A stretch of 64,000 nucleotides of DNA from an uncultured Desulfovibrionaceae bacterium (GTDB taxonomy: Bacteria; Bacillota; Dethiobacteria; DTU022; UBA8154). The stretch spans positions 11,487-75,486 of the forward strand of contig CAZOOA010000005.1 of NCBI GenBank assembly GCA_964581355.1. The letters run 5' to 3'. Position 1 is the stretch's first letter, and each line of letters opens with the position of its first letter. This document shows positions 18,905-28,786 of this stretch, in pieces. A program made the position numbers and the translations under genes. The notes beneath the pieces were generated by a model. That model made no database searches. It worked only from the letters and a program-made list of their open reading frames with translations, and was not told the origin of the DNA.

Positions 18905-20263
18905 ATGCTAACCATTCAAGAGATTTTGGAAACCATCAAGATGGTACAGGAAGAAAACCTGGATATTCGGACAATTACCATGGGGATCAGTTTAAGGGAC
19001 TGCAGCCACACTGACCCTGAGGTCTCCTGCCAGAAAATATATGACAAGGTGACGCGGATGGCTGACGGGCTGGTGGATGTGGGGGAAAAAATTGCCCGGG
19101 AGTACGGGCTTCCCATTGTGAACAAGCGCATTTCCGTTACCCCGGTTTCCATGGTTGCTGAATCCAGCAGTACGGATTCGTACCTTCCTTTTGCCCAGGC
19201 CCTGGATCGGGCGGCCCGGGAGGTGGGTGTCAACTACATTGGCGGATTCTCCGCCCTGGTCCATAAAGGGCTTACCCGGGGCGATGAACTGTTGATCCGC
19301 TCAATTCCCCAAGCCCTGGCCGAGACTCAGCGAGTCTGTGCCTCGGTTAATGTGGCAACAACCAGGTCTGGTATCAATATGGACGCAGTTTCCCGGATGG
19401 GTCAGGCCATTAAAGAGCTGGCACAATTAACAGCCTCGGATAACGGAATCGGCTGTACAAAGCTGGTGGTCTTTGCCAATGTACCCGAAGATAATCCTTT
19501 TATGGCCGGCGCGTTTCACGGGGTGGGTGAGCCGGAATCTGTGATCAATGTGGGGGTCAGCGGTCCCGGCGTGGTAAAACGCACCGTGGAAGAATTGCCG
19601 GGTGCTGACCTGGGGACACTGTCTGAAGCAATCAAAAAGACTGCTTTTAAAATAACCCGCATGGGTGAACTGGTTGGACGTGCAGCAGCAGAAAGGCTGG
19701 GTGTTCCCTTTGGTATTGTGGATCTTTCCCTGGCACCAACCCCTGCGGTGGGTGACAGTGTGGCAGAAATTTTAGAATCCATGGGGCTGGAGCGCTGCGG
19801 CGCTCATGGCAGCACGGCAGCCCTGGCCTTGTTAAATGATGCCGTGAAAAAAGGTGGGGCCATGGCTTCTTCCTCTATAGGGGGACTTTCCGGTGCCTTT
19901 ATTCCTGTAAGCGAAGATGCAGGAATGATCCGTGCCGTTGAGGAGCAGGCCCTGGGTATTGATAAACTGGAAGCAATGACCTGTGTCTGTTCAGTGGGAC
20001 TTGATATGCTGGCCATACCCGGCGACACTCCAACGGAAACCATTTCAGCCATTATTGCCGATGAAGCAGCCATTGGCGTAATGAACCAAAAAACAACCGG
20101 TGCGCGTATTATTCCTGTGCCAGGCAAGAAAGTTGGCGAGTATGTTGAGTTCGGGGGGCTTTTGGGACGGACTCCCATCATCCCGGTAAACCCTTTTTCC
20201 TCCTCAGGGTTTGTGAACCGTGGGGGACGGATCCCGGCACCGGTCCACAGCTTGACCAATTAG
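18905..20263 (+). CDS. UPF0210 (DUF711) family protein
   Basis: ~450 aa. [30 protein letters not shown] matches the N-terminus characteristic of UPF0210. GGAGGA RBS. Confidence 0.8.
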   Translation: MLTIQEILETIKMVQEENLDIRTITMGISLRDCSHTDPEVSCQKIYDKVTRMADGLVDVGEKIAREYGLPIVNKRISVTPVSMVAESSSTDSYLPFAQALDRAAREVGVNYIGGFSALVHKGLTRGDELLIRSIPQALAETQRVCASVNVATTRSGINMDAVSRMGQAIKELAQLTASDNGIGCTKLVVFANVPEDNPFMAGAFHGVGEPESVINVGVSGPGVVKRTVEELPGADLGTLSEAIKKTAFKITRMGELVGRAAAERLGVPFGIVDLSLAPTPAVGDSVAEILESMGLERCGAHGSTAALALLNDAVKKGGAMASSSIGGLSGAFIPVSEDAGMIRAVEEQALGIDKLEAMTCVCSVGLDMLAIPGDTPTETISAIIADEAAIGVMNQKTTGARIIPVPGKKVGEYVEFGGLLGRTPIIPVNPFSSSGFVNRGGRIPAPVHSLTN

Positions 20264-20276
20264 GGCATAAAATGAG

Positions 20277-20861
20277 GTGGCTTTATTGGGAAATAAAGGA
20301 AAAAGACAGCTGGAGATAGTAAACCAGATCCTGGAATTGTTAAAGGAATACCAGGCAGCTCGAAGGGAAGGCGGTATTAAAGGCCTTTCCGACGGCTTTA
20401 TGTTCCAGTTCCAAAAGGAGTTGAATCAACTGGCTGAGGAGCTGGAAAGAAGACAGTTAAGCCTGCCTGATAGCCTATGCTGCAAATTGTGCGGGCAGAA
20501 TATCTTTTGTATACCCAATCTTCCTACCACCATTGGGGGAGTAGGGACGATGAAACCGGGAAAAGTTTCGGAATGGTATGGATCCCGGTCTCTTTCTAAA
20601 GAAGGGCTCTGCCGGGAATGCGAAGATCAGGTGGCAGAGCAGATCCACCATAAAGGATGCCTGATTAACCAGTATATTGAAGATATGCAGGGTGAACAGG
20701 AACGGGTCCAGCAGATCAAGCTGTGCAGGTTAATCCTGGAAAATGCTGAATATCTGCAGGAACTGGAAAAGAAATCGATTCCCACCATCGAGCCTTCTCC
20801 TTCCGAATTAATCCAAGAATATCGTGAAGTTTTGCAGTCCCTGGAGAGCCCTTCCTCTTAA
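20277..20861 (+). CDS. hypothetical Cys-cluster protein (CCxxCxxxxxC and CxxC...C motifs); possible zinc-ribbon protein
   Basis: 194-aa ORF with GTG start and a coiled-coil-like N-terminus. Cys motifs CCKLCGQNIFC and CRECEDQV...HHKGC. Its stop overlaps the convergent helicase stop (TTAA). Confidence 0.5.
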   Translation: MALLGNKGKRQLEIVNQILELLKEYQAARREGGIKGLSDGFMFQFQKELNQLAEELERRQLSLPDSLCCKLCGQNIFCIPNLPTTIGGVGTMKPGKVSEWYGSRSLSKEGLCRECEDQVAEQIHHKGCLINQYIEDMQGEQERVQQIKLCRLILENAEYLQELEKKSIPTIEPSPSELIQEYREVLQSLESPSS

Positions 20862-22855
20862 TAATAATTTTCATATTTGCATTCCAAAAGCTGGTAGCAG
20901 TGGAGGGGGAGCTCCTGTATGAACTGGGATGGACCACCTGTGAACCGTTCCCAGCCCCTGAAGTTTTCTTCAGATGCAGTCAGGTAAAGATGGTCCTTGG
21001 CCCGGGTGGCCGCAACATAAAACAGCCTTCGTTCCTCTTCTATGTTTTTTAACCCCATGGGGGATGGAAACTGACCTTCGTTGTTCCCGATTAGAAAAAC
21101 GGTGTTCCATTCTTTCCCTTTGGCGCTGTGGATTGTGGACAGAGTTAAATAATCTTTTCCTGGCTGCTCGTCTTTGACACTATCCAGGATCAAAGATTCT
21201 TCCAGGGTTAGGGACTCCAGGAAGTCACCCAAGTTAGCGCACCTTTGTCCATAAGCAGCCAGGCGTTCAATGCCCAGGCTCCGTTCGGTATAATCGTCAG
21301 GATATTTTTCCAGTAAAATCTTTTGATAAGAGCTGGCCATAATGATCCGGATCAGCTCGGGGACATTGCTGCTATCTGCCTGGCATAATTTTCCCAGCGA
21401 CTGGGTGAACTGCCCCCAGCCCTGCTTACCCCGCTTGGGGGTGATTTTTTCATCTAAAACAGCTTCCAGGGGGTTGGGGAACGCGCGCATTTTCTGCCAC
21501 AGTGCCCGGAATGTTGCCTCGCCGATGCCTTCGTGCAGCAGGGCAACCCGCTGCCAGGACAGTTCATCCCGGGGGTTTTCCAAAAGCTTCAGCCAGCATA
21601 AAACATCCTTGATATGGGCCCTTTGCAGAAATTTTAATCCGCCAAAGGTCATGTAGGGGATGTTCCGTTTCATCAGGGCCATTTCCACATCTTGTGACAA
21701 AAACGAGCTCCGGTATAAAACAGCGATATCAGTTAAATTCTCCCCGTTGTCATAGTGCTCCAGGATTTTATCGGCGACCAAATCCGCTTCCTGGATATTG
21801 TTTCGAGCCAGGAAAAACCAGGGTTTTTCACCAGCTTCCCGCCGGGTGTACAGTTCTTTTTCGAGCTGCTGCCTGTTATGCTGGATGGAAAAATTGGCCA
21901 GCTGGAGGATTTCCGGGATGCTTCGGTAATTCTGAACCAGCTTAATTACTGCGCACCCTGGCTTTTTCTGGGGCAGGTTGAGGATGTTTCCGATTTCTGC
22001 ACAGCGGAAGCTGTAAATGGACTGGGCATCATCACCCACAAGACAGATGGAACTTTTTTCCCCCAGGAGCAGGACAAGGCGGTCCTGGACGGCATTGGTA
22101 TCCTGGAACTCATCGACGAGAACATGCTGAAACTGTCCCTGGTAGTGTCTTTTCACTTCCTCATGATTTTCCAGCAGTGATAACCACCCAACCAGCAGAT
22201 CATCAAAATCCAGCACATTTGCTGCCTGCTTTTTCTCTTCGTACTTGTTTTCAATATCCTTAATCAAAGGCAAATACTCCAGCAGGTACGTGGAGTTTTC
22301 GGCAATATAAGTTTCCAAATCCAAACAGGAGTTTTTTGCTGCGCTTAAAGTTTTATTCAGCAGTCCGCGCTTGACGAACAGGTTTTGTTCTTTTGCTTGC
22401 AGTTGACTTTTAAAGGAAGCCAGAGAAGACTTGACTAGTTGCTCCCTGTCACCTTCATCCAGGATGGAGAAGTTGGGGGTCCGGTCTGCCAGCCGGGCGT
22501 GTTTTCTTAGTATCCGGGCGCCGATACTGTGGAATGTCCCGGCCCAAAGTCCCTTGGGGAAAAAGCCTAAAATTTCTCTGACCCGGTTTTTCATTTCATC
22601 GGCGGCTTTGTTCGTGAAGGTGACCAGCAGGATTGTTTCAGGAGAAACCCCTTCCTGGACCAGGTGAGCAACCCGGTAGGTCAGTGCCCTGGTCTTCCCC
22701 GATCCAGGTCCTGCAATACCCAGGATTGCCGGGTGTTTCCCGGTAACGAATTCAAACTGTTCCTGGTTTAGTTCATTTTCCAGCCTTTTTAACCACCTGT
22801 TATTTTCGTCTCCCCTGTATGGTTGGGGATTGCTTCCTTGAAATAGGGTATCCAT
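20858..22855 (-). CDS. UvrD/PcrA/Rep-family ATP-dependent DNA helicase
   Basis: Walker A GIAGPGSGKTRALT, helicase motifs (TFTNKAADEM; DEFQDTN; VGDDAQSIYSFR; LxQNYRS; and a C-terminal VAATRAKDHLYLT). 665 aa. Confidence 0.9.
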   Translation of the reverse strand: MDTLFQGSNPQPYRGDENNRWLKRLENELNQEQFEFVTGKHPAILGIAGPGSGKTRALTYRVAHLVQEGVSPETILLVTFTNKAADEMKNRVREILGFFPKGLWAGTFHSIGARILRKHARLADRTPNFSILDEGDREQLVKSSLASFKSQLQAKEQNLFVKRGLLNKTLSAAKNSCLDLETYIAENSTYLLEYLPLIKDIENKYEEKKQAANVLDFDDLLVGWLSLLENHEEVKRHYQGQFQHVLVDEFQDTNAVQDRLVLLLGEKSSICLVGDDAQSIYSFRCAEIGNILNLPQKKPGCAVIKLVQNYRSIPEILQLANFSIQHNRQQLEKELYTRREAGEKPWFFLARNNIQEADLVADKILEHYDNGENLTDIAVLYRSSFLSQDVEMALMKRNIPYMTFGGLKFLQRAHIKDVLCWLKLLENPRDELSWQRVALLHEGIGEATFRALWQKMRAFPNPLEAVLDEKITPKRGKQGWGQFTQSLGKLCQADSSNVPELIRIIMASSYQKILLEKYPDDYTERSLGIERLAAYGQRCANLGDFLESLTLEESLILDSVKDEQPGKDYLTLSTIHSAKGKEWNTVFLIGNNEGQFPSPMGLKNIEEERRLFYVAATRAKDHLYLTASEENFRGWERFTGGPSQFIQELPLHCYQLLECKYENYY

Positions 22856-23047
22856 TATTTTTCCACCTCGTCAAGAAATTTGGCTGTATTTCGTCCATGA
22901 AAACAAACATAAGGCAGGCTTGATGTCCTGGACGGCCACGGGTTCGATGAGCTCTTATCTGGGGTTCATCAATACAGGCATAAACGATATAATGAGCTTT
23001 AAGAAACGGGTAGACCTCATAATACTGCCATTGTTTTCTACTCAAGT

Positions 23048-23069
23048 CAATCATAATTAATAATGATTG
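23048..23069. promoter_or_regulatory. operator-like palindrome CAATCAT-N8-ATGATTG in the divergent intergenic region
   Basis: 7-bp perfect inverted repeat with an 8-bp AT spacer, seen directly in the sequence. Confidence 0.3.
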
Positions 23070-23138
23070 CCTTTAATTATTTTCTCCAAAGCTACATAAA
23101 TACCTTTTATCTTTTCAGGCAGAAAGGAGAAATTGTCT

Positions 23139-23579
23139 ATGACTTACATCGGAGTGATCGGTTCGGGGACTTGTGATGAGCAGACAGGACGGCTGGCTTA
23201 CGAAGTTGGGGCGAATATTGCAAAAAAAGGGGCTGTCCTGGTCTGCGGCGGTATGGGCGGAGTCATGGAAAGTGCCTGTCGGGGTTGCAAAGAACAAGGA
23301 GGAACCAGCCTTGGAATTATACCAGGCAGTGACCGCCGGGAGGCGAACCCCTATGTTACTCATGCCCTGCCTACAGGATTGGGGGAATTGAGAAATTTTT
23401 TGGTTGTTCGTTTTAGCGAAGCTTTGATCGCTGTGGCTGGAGAATACGGAACCCTTTCTGAAATGGCCATTGCACTTAAAGAAGGGAAAAAAGTGGTCGC
23501 TTTACATTCACCATTCGATTTAAAAGGGCTTATTGTCGTTTCCAGTGCAGGCGAAGCGGTGGAAAAAGCATTTTTATAA
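23139..23579 (+). CDS. TIGR00725/LOG-family (SLOG) Rossmann-fold protein
   Basis: IGVIGSG...VLVCGGMGGVMESACRG...VAGEYGTLSEMAIAL pattern typical of LOG/TIGR00725. GGAGA RBS lies 10 nt before the ATG. Confidence 0.7.
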   Translation: MTYIGVIGSGTCDEQTGRLAYEVGANIAKKGAVLVCGGMGGVMESACRGCKEQGGTSLGIIPGSDRREANPYVTHALPTGLGELRNFLVVRFSEALIAVAGEYGTLSEMAIALKEGKKVVALHSPFDLKGLIVVSSAGEAVEKAFL

Positions 23580-23658
23580 TTACTAGGCAGGACATTGGCG
23601 ATTATTTGTGGAATTAATAAACAATTGGGACTACAGTGAAAATATTGTGGTGACGATA

Positions 23659-23697
23659 ACGCTTTGCTGTGTGGGGCGTAAAGCGGGCTGAGCAATT
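23659..23697. repeat. degraded fragment of the MITE right end (...CTTTGCtgtgtggggcg...GGGCTGAGCAatt)
   Basis: About 70% similar to the last ~45 bp of the 146-bp element, including the GGGCTGAGCA terminal motif. Confidence 0.35.
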
Positions 23698-23746
23698 ATT
23701 CTGAACCATTGATGACATTAATTATCTTAAAAAGGAGCCTTCCCTC

Positions 23747-24421
23747 TTGAGAGCATTTCATGTCTTGGACGAGATTTTCTGTGTTGGCGGTAGTGAACAG
23801 TCGGCCCCCGAGGATGGGAGTGTCTATTTGGTGCAGGGCCCGGACGAGTTATGGCTTATTGACAGCGGTTGCGGCAATTCTGTGGACGCCATCATAGAGA
23901 ATATTCAGGGATTGGGGTTTGACCCTTCCCGGATCAGTAAAATTATTGCAACGCACTGCCATATTGACCACTGTGGCGGTTTGGCTGAACTGCAAAAACG
24001 TTTTAATCCCGAAATTATAGCTCACGCTGGAGACGTAGATGCTCTCGAAGGTCGGGCCCCTGAAAAAGTTGCGGCGGAGTTTTACGGGATTGACTATCAT
24101 CCTGTCCGGGTGTCTACCGTGCTCCGCGAGGCGCGTGCGAGCTTGAGCCTGGGCAGCCAGGAACTCGTTTTGCAGCATGTCCCCGGGCATACTCCAGGGA
24201 GTATCGTTGTCTGGGGGGATTTTCCTGGAGGAAGGGTGTTGTTTGGCCAGGATTTGCACGGTCCACTGCACCCTAACTGGGGTTCGGACAGGCAGGCCTG
24301 GAAAAAATCTCTGGAGCAGCTCTTAAAGCTTGATGCCGATGTATTGGCTGAGGGGCATTTTGGAGTAATATCCCCTGCAGAAAATGTAAAGCTGTTTATC
24401 AAACGCTTCCTGTATTCATAA
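23747..24421 (+). CDS. MBL-fold metallo-hydrolase
   Basis: ATHCHIDHCGG matches the HxHxDH zinc motif. TTG start lies 9 nt after an AAGGAG RBS. Confidence 0.85.
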   Translation: MRAFHVLDEIFCVGGSEQSAPEDGSVYLVQGPDELWLIDSGCGNSVDAIIENIQGLGFDPSRISKIIATHCHIDHCGGLAELQKRFNPEIIAHAGDVDALEGRAPEKVAAEFYGIDYHPVRVSTVLREARASLSLGSQELVLQHVPGHTPGSIVVWGDFPGGRVLFGQDLHGPLHPNWGSDRQAWKKSLEQLLKLDADVLAEGHFGVISPAENVKLFIKRFLYS

Positions 24422-24477
24422 ATAAATCTACCCGGGCCTTCGCTGGCCCGGGCAAAAAATGAAAAGGAAGGAAAAAG

Positions 24478-25281
24478 ATGAGTAAAAAAAATATGGACGT
24501 AACAGGACTGAAAAGTGTGTTTAAGGACGGGTTAACTGTGGCATTGGGAGGCCAGTCTGTTACCATGAACCCGGTCCAGCTCATTTGTCAGGTCTTAAAA
24601 GACGGGTTTAAGGATCTTCACCTGGTTGCCTCCCCTGTGGGTGGCTTTGGGGCGGATTTGATGATCGGTGCAGGTGCAGTAAAATCTATTGAATTTGCTC
24701 AAATGGGCTTGTGGGAGTACGGCCTTGCTCCCAACCTGCGGCGTTACTCCCAGGAAGGACGAATTACCTGCGTGGAGCATACCTGACCCAGCCTTTTGGC
24801 CGGGCTCCAGGCTGGAGCCATGGGATTGCCCTTTATGCCTGTGCGTGGAATCATTGGAACGGATTACTTGAAAATACGCTCGGATTTTAAAGTCCTGGAC
24901 AACCCTTACGGGGACGACCAGGTTGTTGTCGTGCCGGCCATAGAGCCAGATATTGCTTTGATCCATGCCAAGAAAGCGGATCTGTCGGGCAATGTCCTGG
25001 TAGATCGCTTTGAAAATGACCCCCTTTTGGCCCGCGCTTCCAAAAATGTTTTTGTTTCCTGTGAAGAAATGGTACAGAATGTCTATGATGATTTTACTGT
25101 AGAAGATATCGTGATCCCTTCTATCTACATTGACGGAATTATTCCTCTTCCCGGGGGTGCCAGGCCGACCCAATGCCATGGGTATTATGATTTTGATGGT
25201 GAAACCATCAAAAAGTATATCAAAGCTTCCAAGGATGAATCCGCACTGCAGGGTTTCCTGAACGAGTTTGTGGGTCAATAA
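24478..25281 (+). pseudogene. family-I CoA-transferase subunit A interrupted by a single in-frame TGA (24784-24786). Either a pseudogene, a sequencing error, or a recoded UGA
   Basis: ORFs 24478-24786 and 24796-25281 are in the same frame (offset 318 nt), and together they span a normal ~266-aa alpha subunit (...RITCVEHT*PSLLAGLQAGAMGLPFMPVRG...). The subunit B gene follows. Confidence 0.6.
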
Positions 25282-25311
25282 GCAAACAAGTCTTTTAAGG
25301 AGGACATTAAT

Positions 25312-26046
25312 ATGTCAGCTACTTATACAATGGAAGAACTGATGGCGACTGCAATCTCCCGGGAAATCAAAGATGGAGAAGTTGTAGCCGTGGGGACTTT
25401 ATCTCCTGCTCCTGCTGCCGGTGCCATCCTGGCAAAGTTAAGCCACGCCCCAAATGCGGAACTGGCCGTTTGGATGGTCCGGGAGTACTGGCCGTTTACC
25501 GAGGGGATTAAGGAGTTTTTTGACCTGGCCCAGAAGGGGGCCGTGGACCTGTTTTTCCTGGGCGGGGCACAAATTGATCAGCACGGAAACACCAACCTGC
25601 ATGTTCTGGGTGATTACTACCAGCCTAAGGTGAGGCTGCCCGGCGGAGCAGGCACTGGGACGCTGTATTATACGGTGCCCCGGGTGATGCTGTTTAAAGC
25701 AGATCACAATACCCGTTCTTTTGTGGAGAAAGTAGATTTTGTGACCGGTGCCGGGAAATCTCCCCCGGAAGTTATGCGCAGGGGGCATGCCGAAAAGTGT
25801 ATTACTCCCCTATGTGTCTTTTCTTATGACAAAAAACAAGAGCGGCTGGAGCTGGATTCTATCCACCCCGGCATTGAACTGCAGCAGGTAATTGACAACA
25901 CAGGCTTTCCTTTGCATAACCTGGAAAATATTCCAGTTACCAGGGAGCCGTCGCCGGATGAACTCCGCTTGTTAAGGAATGAGGTGAAAAACAAGCTGCA
26001 GGCTGCCTATCCTCATTTTGTCAAGTCTGCATTTGCTTCCAGTTAA
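25312..26046 (+). CDS. family-I CoA-transferase subunit B (glutaconate/3-oxoacid CoA-transferase-like)
   Basis: MSATYTMEELMATAISREIKDGEVVAVG and the following conserved blocks are typical of the beta subunit. Confidence 0.85.
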   Translation: MSATYTMEELMATAISREIKDGEVVAVGTLSPAPAAGAILAKLSHAPNAELAVWMVREYWPFTEGIKEFFDLAQKGAVDLFFLGGAQIDQHGNTNLHVLGDYYQPKVRLPGGAGTGTLYYTVPRVMLFKADHNTRSFVEKVDFVTGAGKSPPEVMRRGHAEKCITPLCVFSYDKKQERLELDSIHPGIELQQVIDNTGFPLHNLENIPVTREPSPDELRLLRNEVKNKLQAAYPHFVKSAFASS

Positions 26047-26095
26047 CAATATATGGAATTAATGGCTTAGTGATATACCAAGGAGGCGAATAGAA

Positions 26096-27061
26096 GTGAT
26101 TACCCGTGCAGAAAAGTTTTGCGGTGCGCTTTTGGGGACACATGTTGGAGATGCCCTGGGAATGCCGCTGGAGGGGGCTTCTGCTGCTGCCATTAAGAAA
26201 AACTATGGACAGGTTCGTGAGATGCTGGATGCCCGGTTAGGTGCCGGGACATATACTGATGATACAGAAATGATGATCGCGTTGGCAGAGAGCCTGGTCC
26301 GCAGCCAGGGGATGAACGGGGCAGACCTGGCCCATTCTTTCCTGGAAAACTTTAACCCGCTGCGCGGTTACGGAGCGGGGAGTCGCAAAGCCATGGAACT
26401 GCTCCGTGCGGGAATCAGCTGGAAAGAAGCAGGGAAAAGAATCTTTGAAGGTGGTTCCTACGGTAATGGAGCTGCCATGCGCATAGCACCATTGGGTTGT
26501 CTCTATTGTCATGATCCCCGGGAACTCCAAGAGGCTGCACGAGTTTCTTGTTTAGTGACGCATGCCCATCCCTGGGGGCAGGAAGGGGCCTTGCTTCAGG
26601 CTTATTCTGTGGCCCTGGCGGTAAACGCGGATCCCGCCCGGGGGCTGGAAAGGGGTCAGTTCCTGGATTCCCTGGAAAACCTGTTGGAACCGGACTCTCC
26701 CTTCCTGGAAAAAACTGCAGTGATGCGGAAGCTTTTGGACCAGGACATGCAGTTGGAAGACGTAGCAAATGTTCTGGGAAATGACAGCCGGGCGCTCACC
26801 TCAGTGCCTGCAGCGATTTTCTCCTTTCTCCGGAACTGCCAGGACTTCGAAGAGACCGTGGTTTATGCGGTAGGAATCGGTGGGGATACGGATACCATCG
26901 CTGCCATGGCCGGGGCTATGGCCGGTGCCTTTCATGGTAAAGGGGCAATTCCCGGGCGTTGGCTTGATTCCCTGGAGAGAGGGGAAAAAGGCGCGGATTA
27001 TATTGAGCAGCTGGCCCTTAATCTTTATGAATTACACCAGGAATTTAATCCGGGCTCATAG
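26096..27061 (+). CDS. ADP-ribosylglycohydrolase family protein (DraG-like)
   Basis: GALLGTHVGDALGMPLEG...YTDDTEMMIALAESL...GGDTDTIAAMAGAMAGA are ARH-family metal-binding motifs. GTG start with an AAGGAGG RBS. Confidence 0.85.
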   Translation: MITRAEKFCGALLGTHVGDALGMPLEGASAAAIKKNYGQVREMLDARLGAGTYTDDTEMMIALAESLVRSQGMNGADLAHSFLENFNPLRGYGAGSRKAMELLRAGISWKEAGKRIFEGGSYGNGAAMRIAPLGCLYCHDPRELQEAARVSCLVTHAHPWGQEGALLQAYSVALAVNADPARGLERGQFLDSLENLLEPDSPFLEKTAVMRKLLDQDMQLEDVANVLGNDSRALTSVPAAIFSFLRNCQDFEETVVYAVGIGGDTDTIAAMAGAMAGAFHGKGAIPGRWLDSLERGEKGADYIEQLALNLYELHQEFNPGS

Positions 27062-27135
27062 ACATGCCGTCAGCCTTATAGTATAATGATTCTTACTTAC
27101 TTAAGTACAGGAAATGTTGGAGGCGGGTAGCGATT

Positions 27136-28773
27136 ATGAGTAAAGTTTTTGTGTACGATACGACCCTGCGAGACGGCGCACAAAGGGAAGGAATCTCTTT
27201 TTCTGTCAATGACAAGATCCAGATAGTAAAACTATTGGATGAGCTCGGAATTCATTACATCGAAGGCGGATGGCCCGGTTCAAACCCCAAAGATATGGAA
27301 TTTTTCCGTCGTCTGAAAGACATCCCTTTAAAAAATGCCTGTATAGCGGCCTTTGGCAGCACCCGGCACGCTCATATTAACGCGGAAGCCGATGCCAATG
27401 TCAGAGCGCTGCTGGAAGCCAGCACACCGGTAATCACTGTGGTGGGGAAAAGCTGGGATTTTCATGTTGAACATGCTTTAAATACCACCCTGGAAGAAAA
27501 CCTCTCCATGATTTCCGACACCATTGGGTTCCTAAAGGGTAAACAACGGGAAGTCTTTTTCGATGCGGAACATTTTTTTGACGGCTACAAAAACAACCCG
27601 GCCTATGCCATGGATACAATCCGTGCCGCGGCAGAAAGCGGGGTGGATACCGTTGTTTTATGTGATACGAACGGTGGGACATTGCCTGGCGAGATCCAGT
27701 CGATTATTTCTGAAGTGAAAAAAGAACTGGATGTGCCTTTAGGTATCCACGCTCATAATGATACCGGTATGGCCGTCGCCAACTCTATCCTGGCTTTGCA
27801 GAGCGGGGCAGCCCATGTCCAGGGGACGATCAATGGATACGGGGAGCGGAGCGGGAATGCGGATCTCTGTACTATCATTCCCAACCTTCAGCTTAAGCTG
27901 AAGATGGATCTGTTGGAACCTGAACAGCTGAAACAGCTGACCCGTGTTTCCAAAGTGGTGGCAGAATTGGCGAACATGATTCCCCAGGACAACCAGCCGT
28001 ACGTGGGCCGCAATGCTTTTACCCATAAAGGCGGTATCCATGTGGATGCCATGGTCAAGCATGTACGGACCTATGAACATGCCAACCCTGAGGCCATCGG
28101 CAACAAGAGAAGAGTTCTTGTATCGGAACTTTCGGGAAAGAGCAACATCCTGCTCAAGGTCAAGGAAAACCGTAGCCAACTGCTTAAACAGCACCCCGAG
28201 GCCAAAGAGGTTTTACAGGTCTTGAAGGAGATGGAACACCAGGGCTACCAATTTGAAGGGGCCGAGGGTTCTTTTGAGCTGCTGATCTGGAAAACCTTGA
28301 AAGCATACCAGCCCTTGTTTAAATTAGAAGGCTTCCGGGTGATTGTAGACAAGCAGCGCAGGGAAGACGATCTCTACGTGGAGGCGACCATTAAAATCCG
28401 GGTAGGGGACCAGCTGGTTCATACTGCAGCAGAGGGGAATGGACCCGTAAACGCTATGGACACAGCATTGCGCAAAGCCCTGGAAGAATTTTACCCGGAA
28501 TTGAAAGACATAAAACTGACTGACTACAAGGTGCGTGTGCTGGATGGAACAGACGGTACGGCCGCCAAGGTCAGGGTATTAATAATTTCACGCAACGGCA
28601 ACAAAAGGTGGGGGACTGTCGGTGTCTCAGAAAACATCATTGAAGCCAGCTGGATTGCCCTGGTTGACAGTATTGAGTATGGTTTGCTTTGCCAGGACAG
28701 TCCTTCAGTAAGCCACTTGAAAAAAGCCCTTAAGGAGCTGGCCTGGGTCGAAGAAAACGCTATTAATTGCTAA
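27136..28773 (+). CDS. cimA: (R)-citramalate synthase / LeuA-family
   Basis: [24 protein letters not shown] barrel start, [13 protein letters not shown], and a C-terminal LeuA-dimer regulatory domain. 545 aa is typical of CimA. Confidence 0.8.
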   Translation: MSKVFVYDTTLRDGAQREGISFSVNDKIQIVKLLDELGIHYIEGGWPGSNPKDMEFFRRLKDIPLKNACIAAFGSTRHAHINAEADANVRALLEASTPVITVVGKSWDFHVEHALNTTLEENLSMISDTIGFLKGKQREVFFDAEHFFDGYKNNPAYAMDTIRAAAESGVDTVVLCDTNGGTLPGEIQSIISEVKKELDVPLGIHAHNDTGMAVANSILALQSGAAHVQGTINGYGERSGNADLCTIIPNLQLKLKMDLLEPEQLKQLTRVSKVVAELANMIPQDNQPYVGRNAFTHKGGIHVDAMVKHVRTYEHANPEAIGNKRRVLVSELSGKSNILLKVKENRSQLLKQHPEAKEVLQVLKEMEHQGYQFEGAEGSFELLIWKTLKAYQPLFKLEGFRVIVDKQRREDDLYVEATIKIRVGDQLVHTAAEGNGPVNAMDTALRKALEEFYPELKDIKLTDYKVRVLDGTDGTAAKVRVLIISRNGNKRWGTVGVSENIIEASWIALVDSIEYGLLCQDSPSVSHLKKALKELAWVEENAINC

Positions 28774-28786
28774 CCAAATAAATTAA

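Noticed and set aside
22935-22950. GGGTTCGATG T-loop-like motif, considered as a possible tRNA.
   Set aside because: No acceptor-stem complementarity or cloverleaf could be built around it. No tRNA or rRNA gene was identified anywhere in the window.
22800-23054. 84-aa minus-strand ORF overlapping the helicase start.
   Set aside because: No Shine-Dalgarno sequence. Its start lies within the operator-like palindrome, it overlaps the helicase N-terminus by 56 nt, and it has no recognisable motif.
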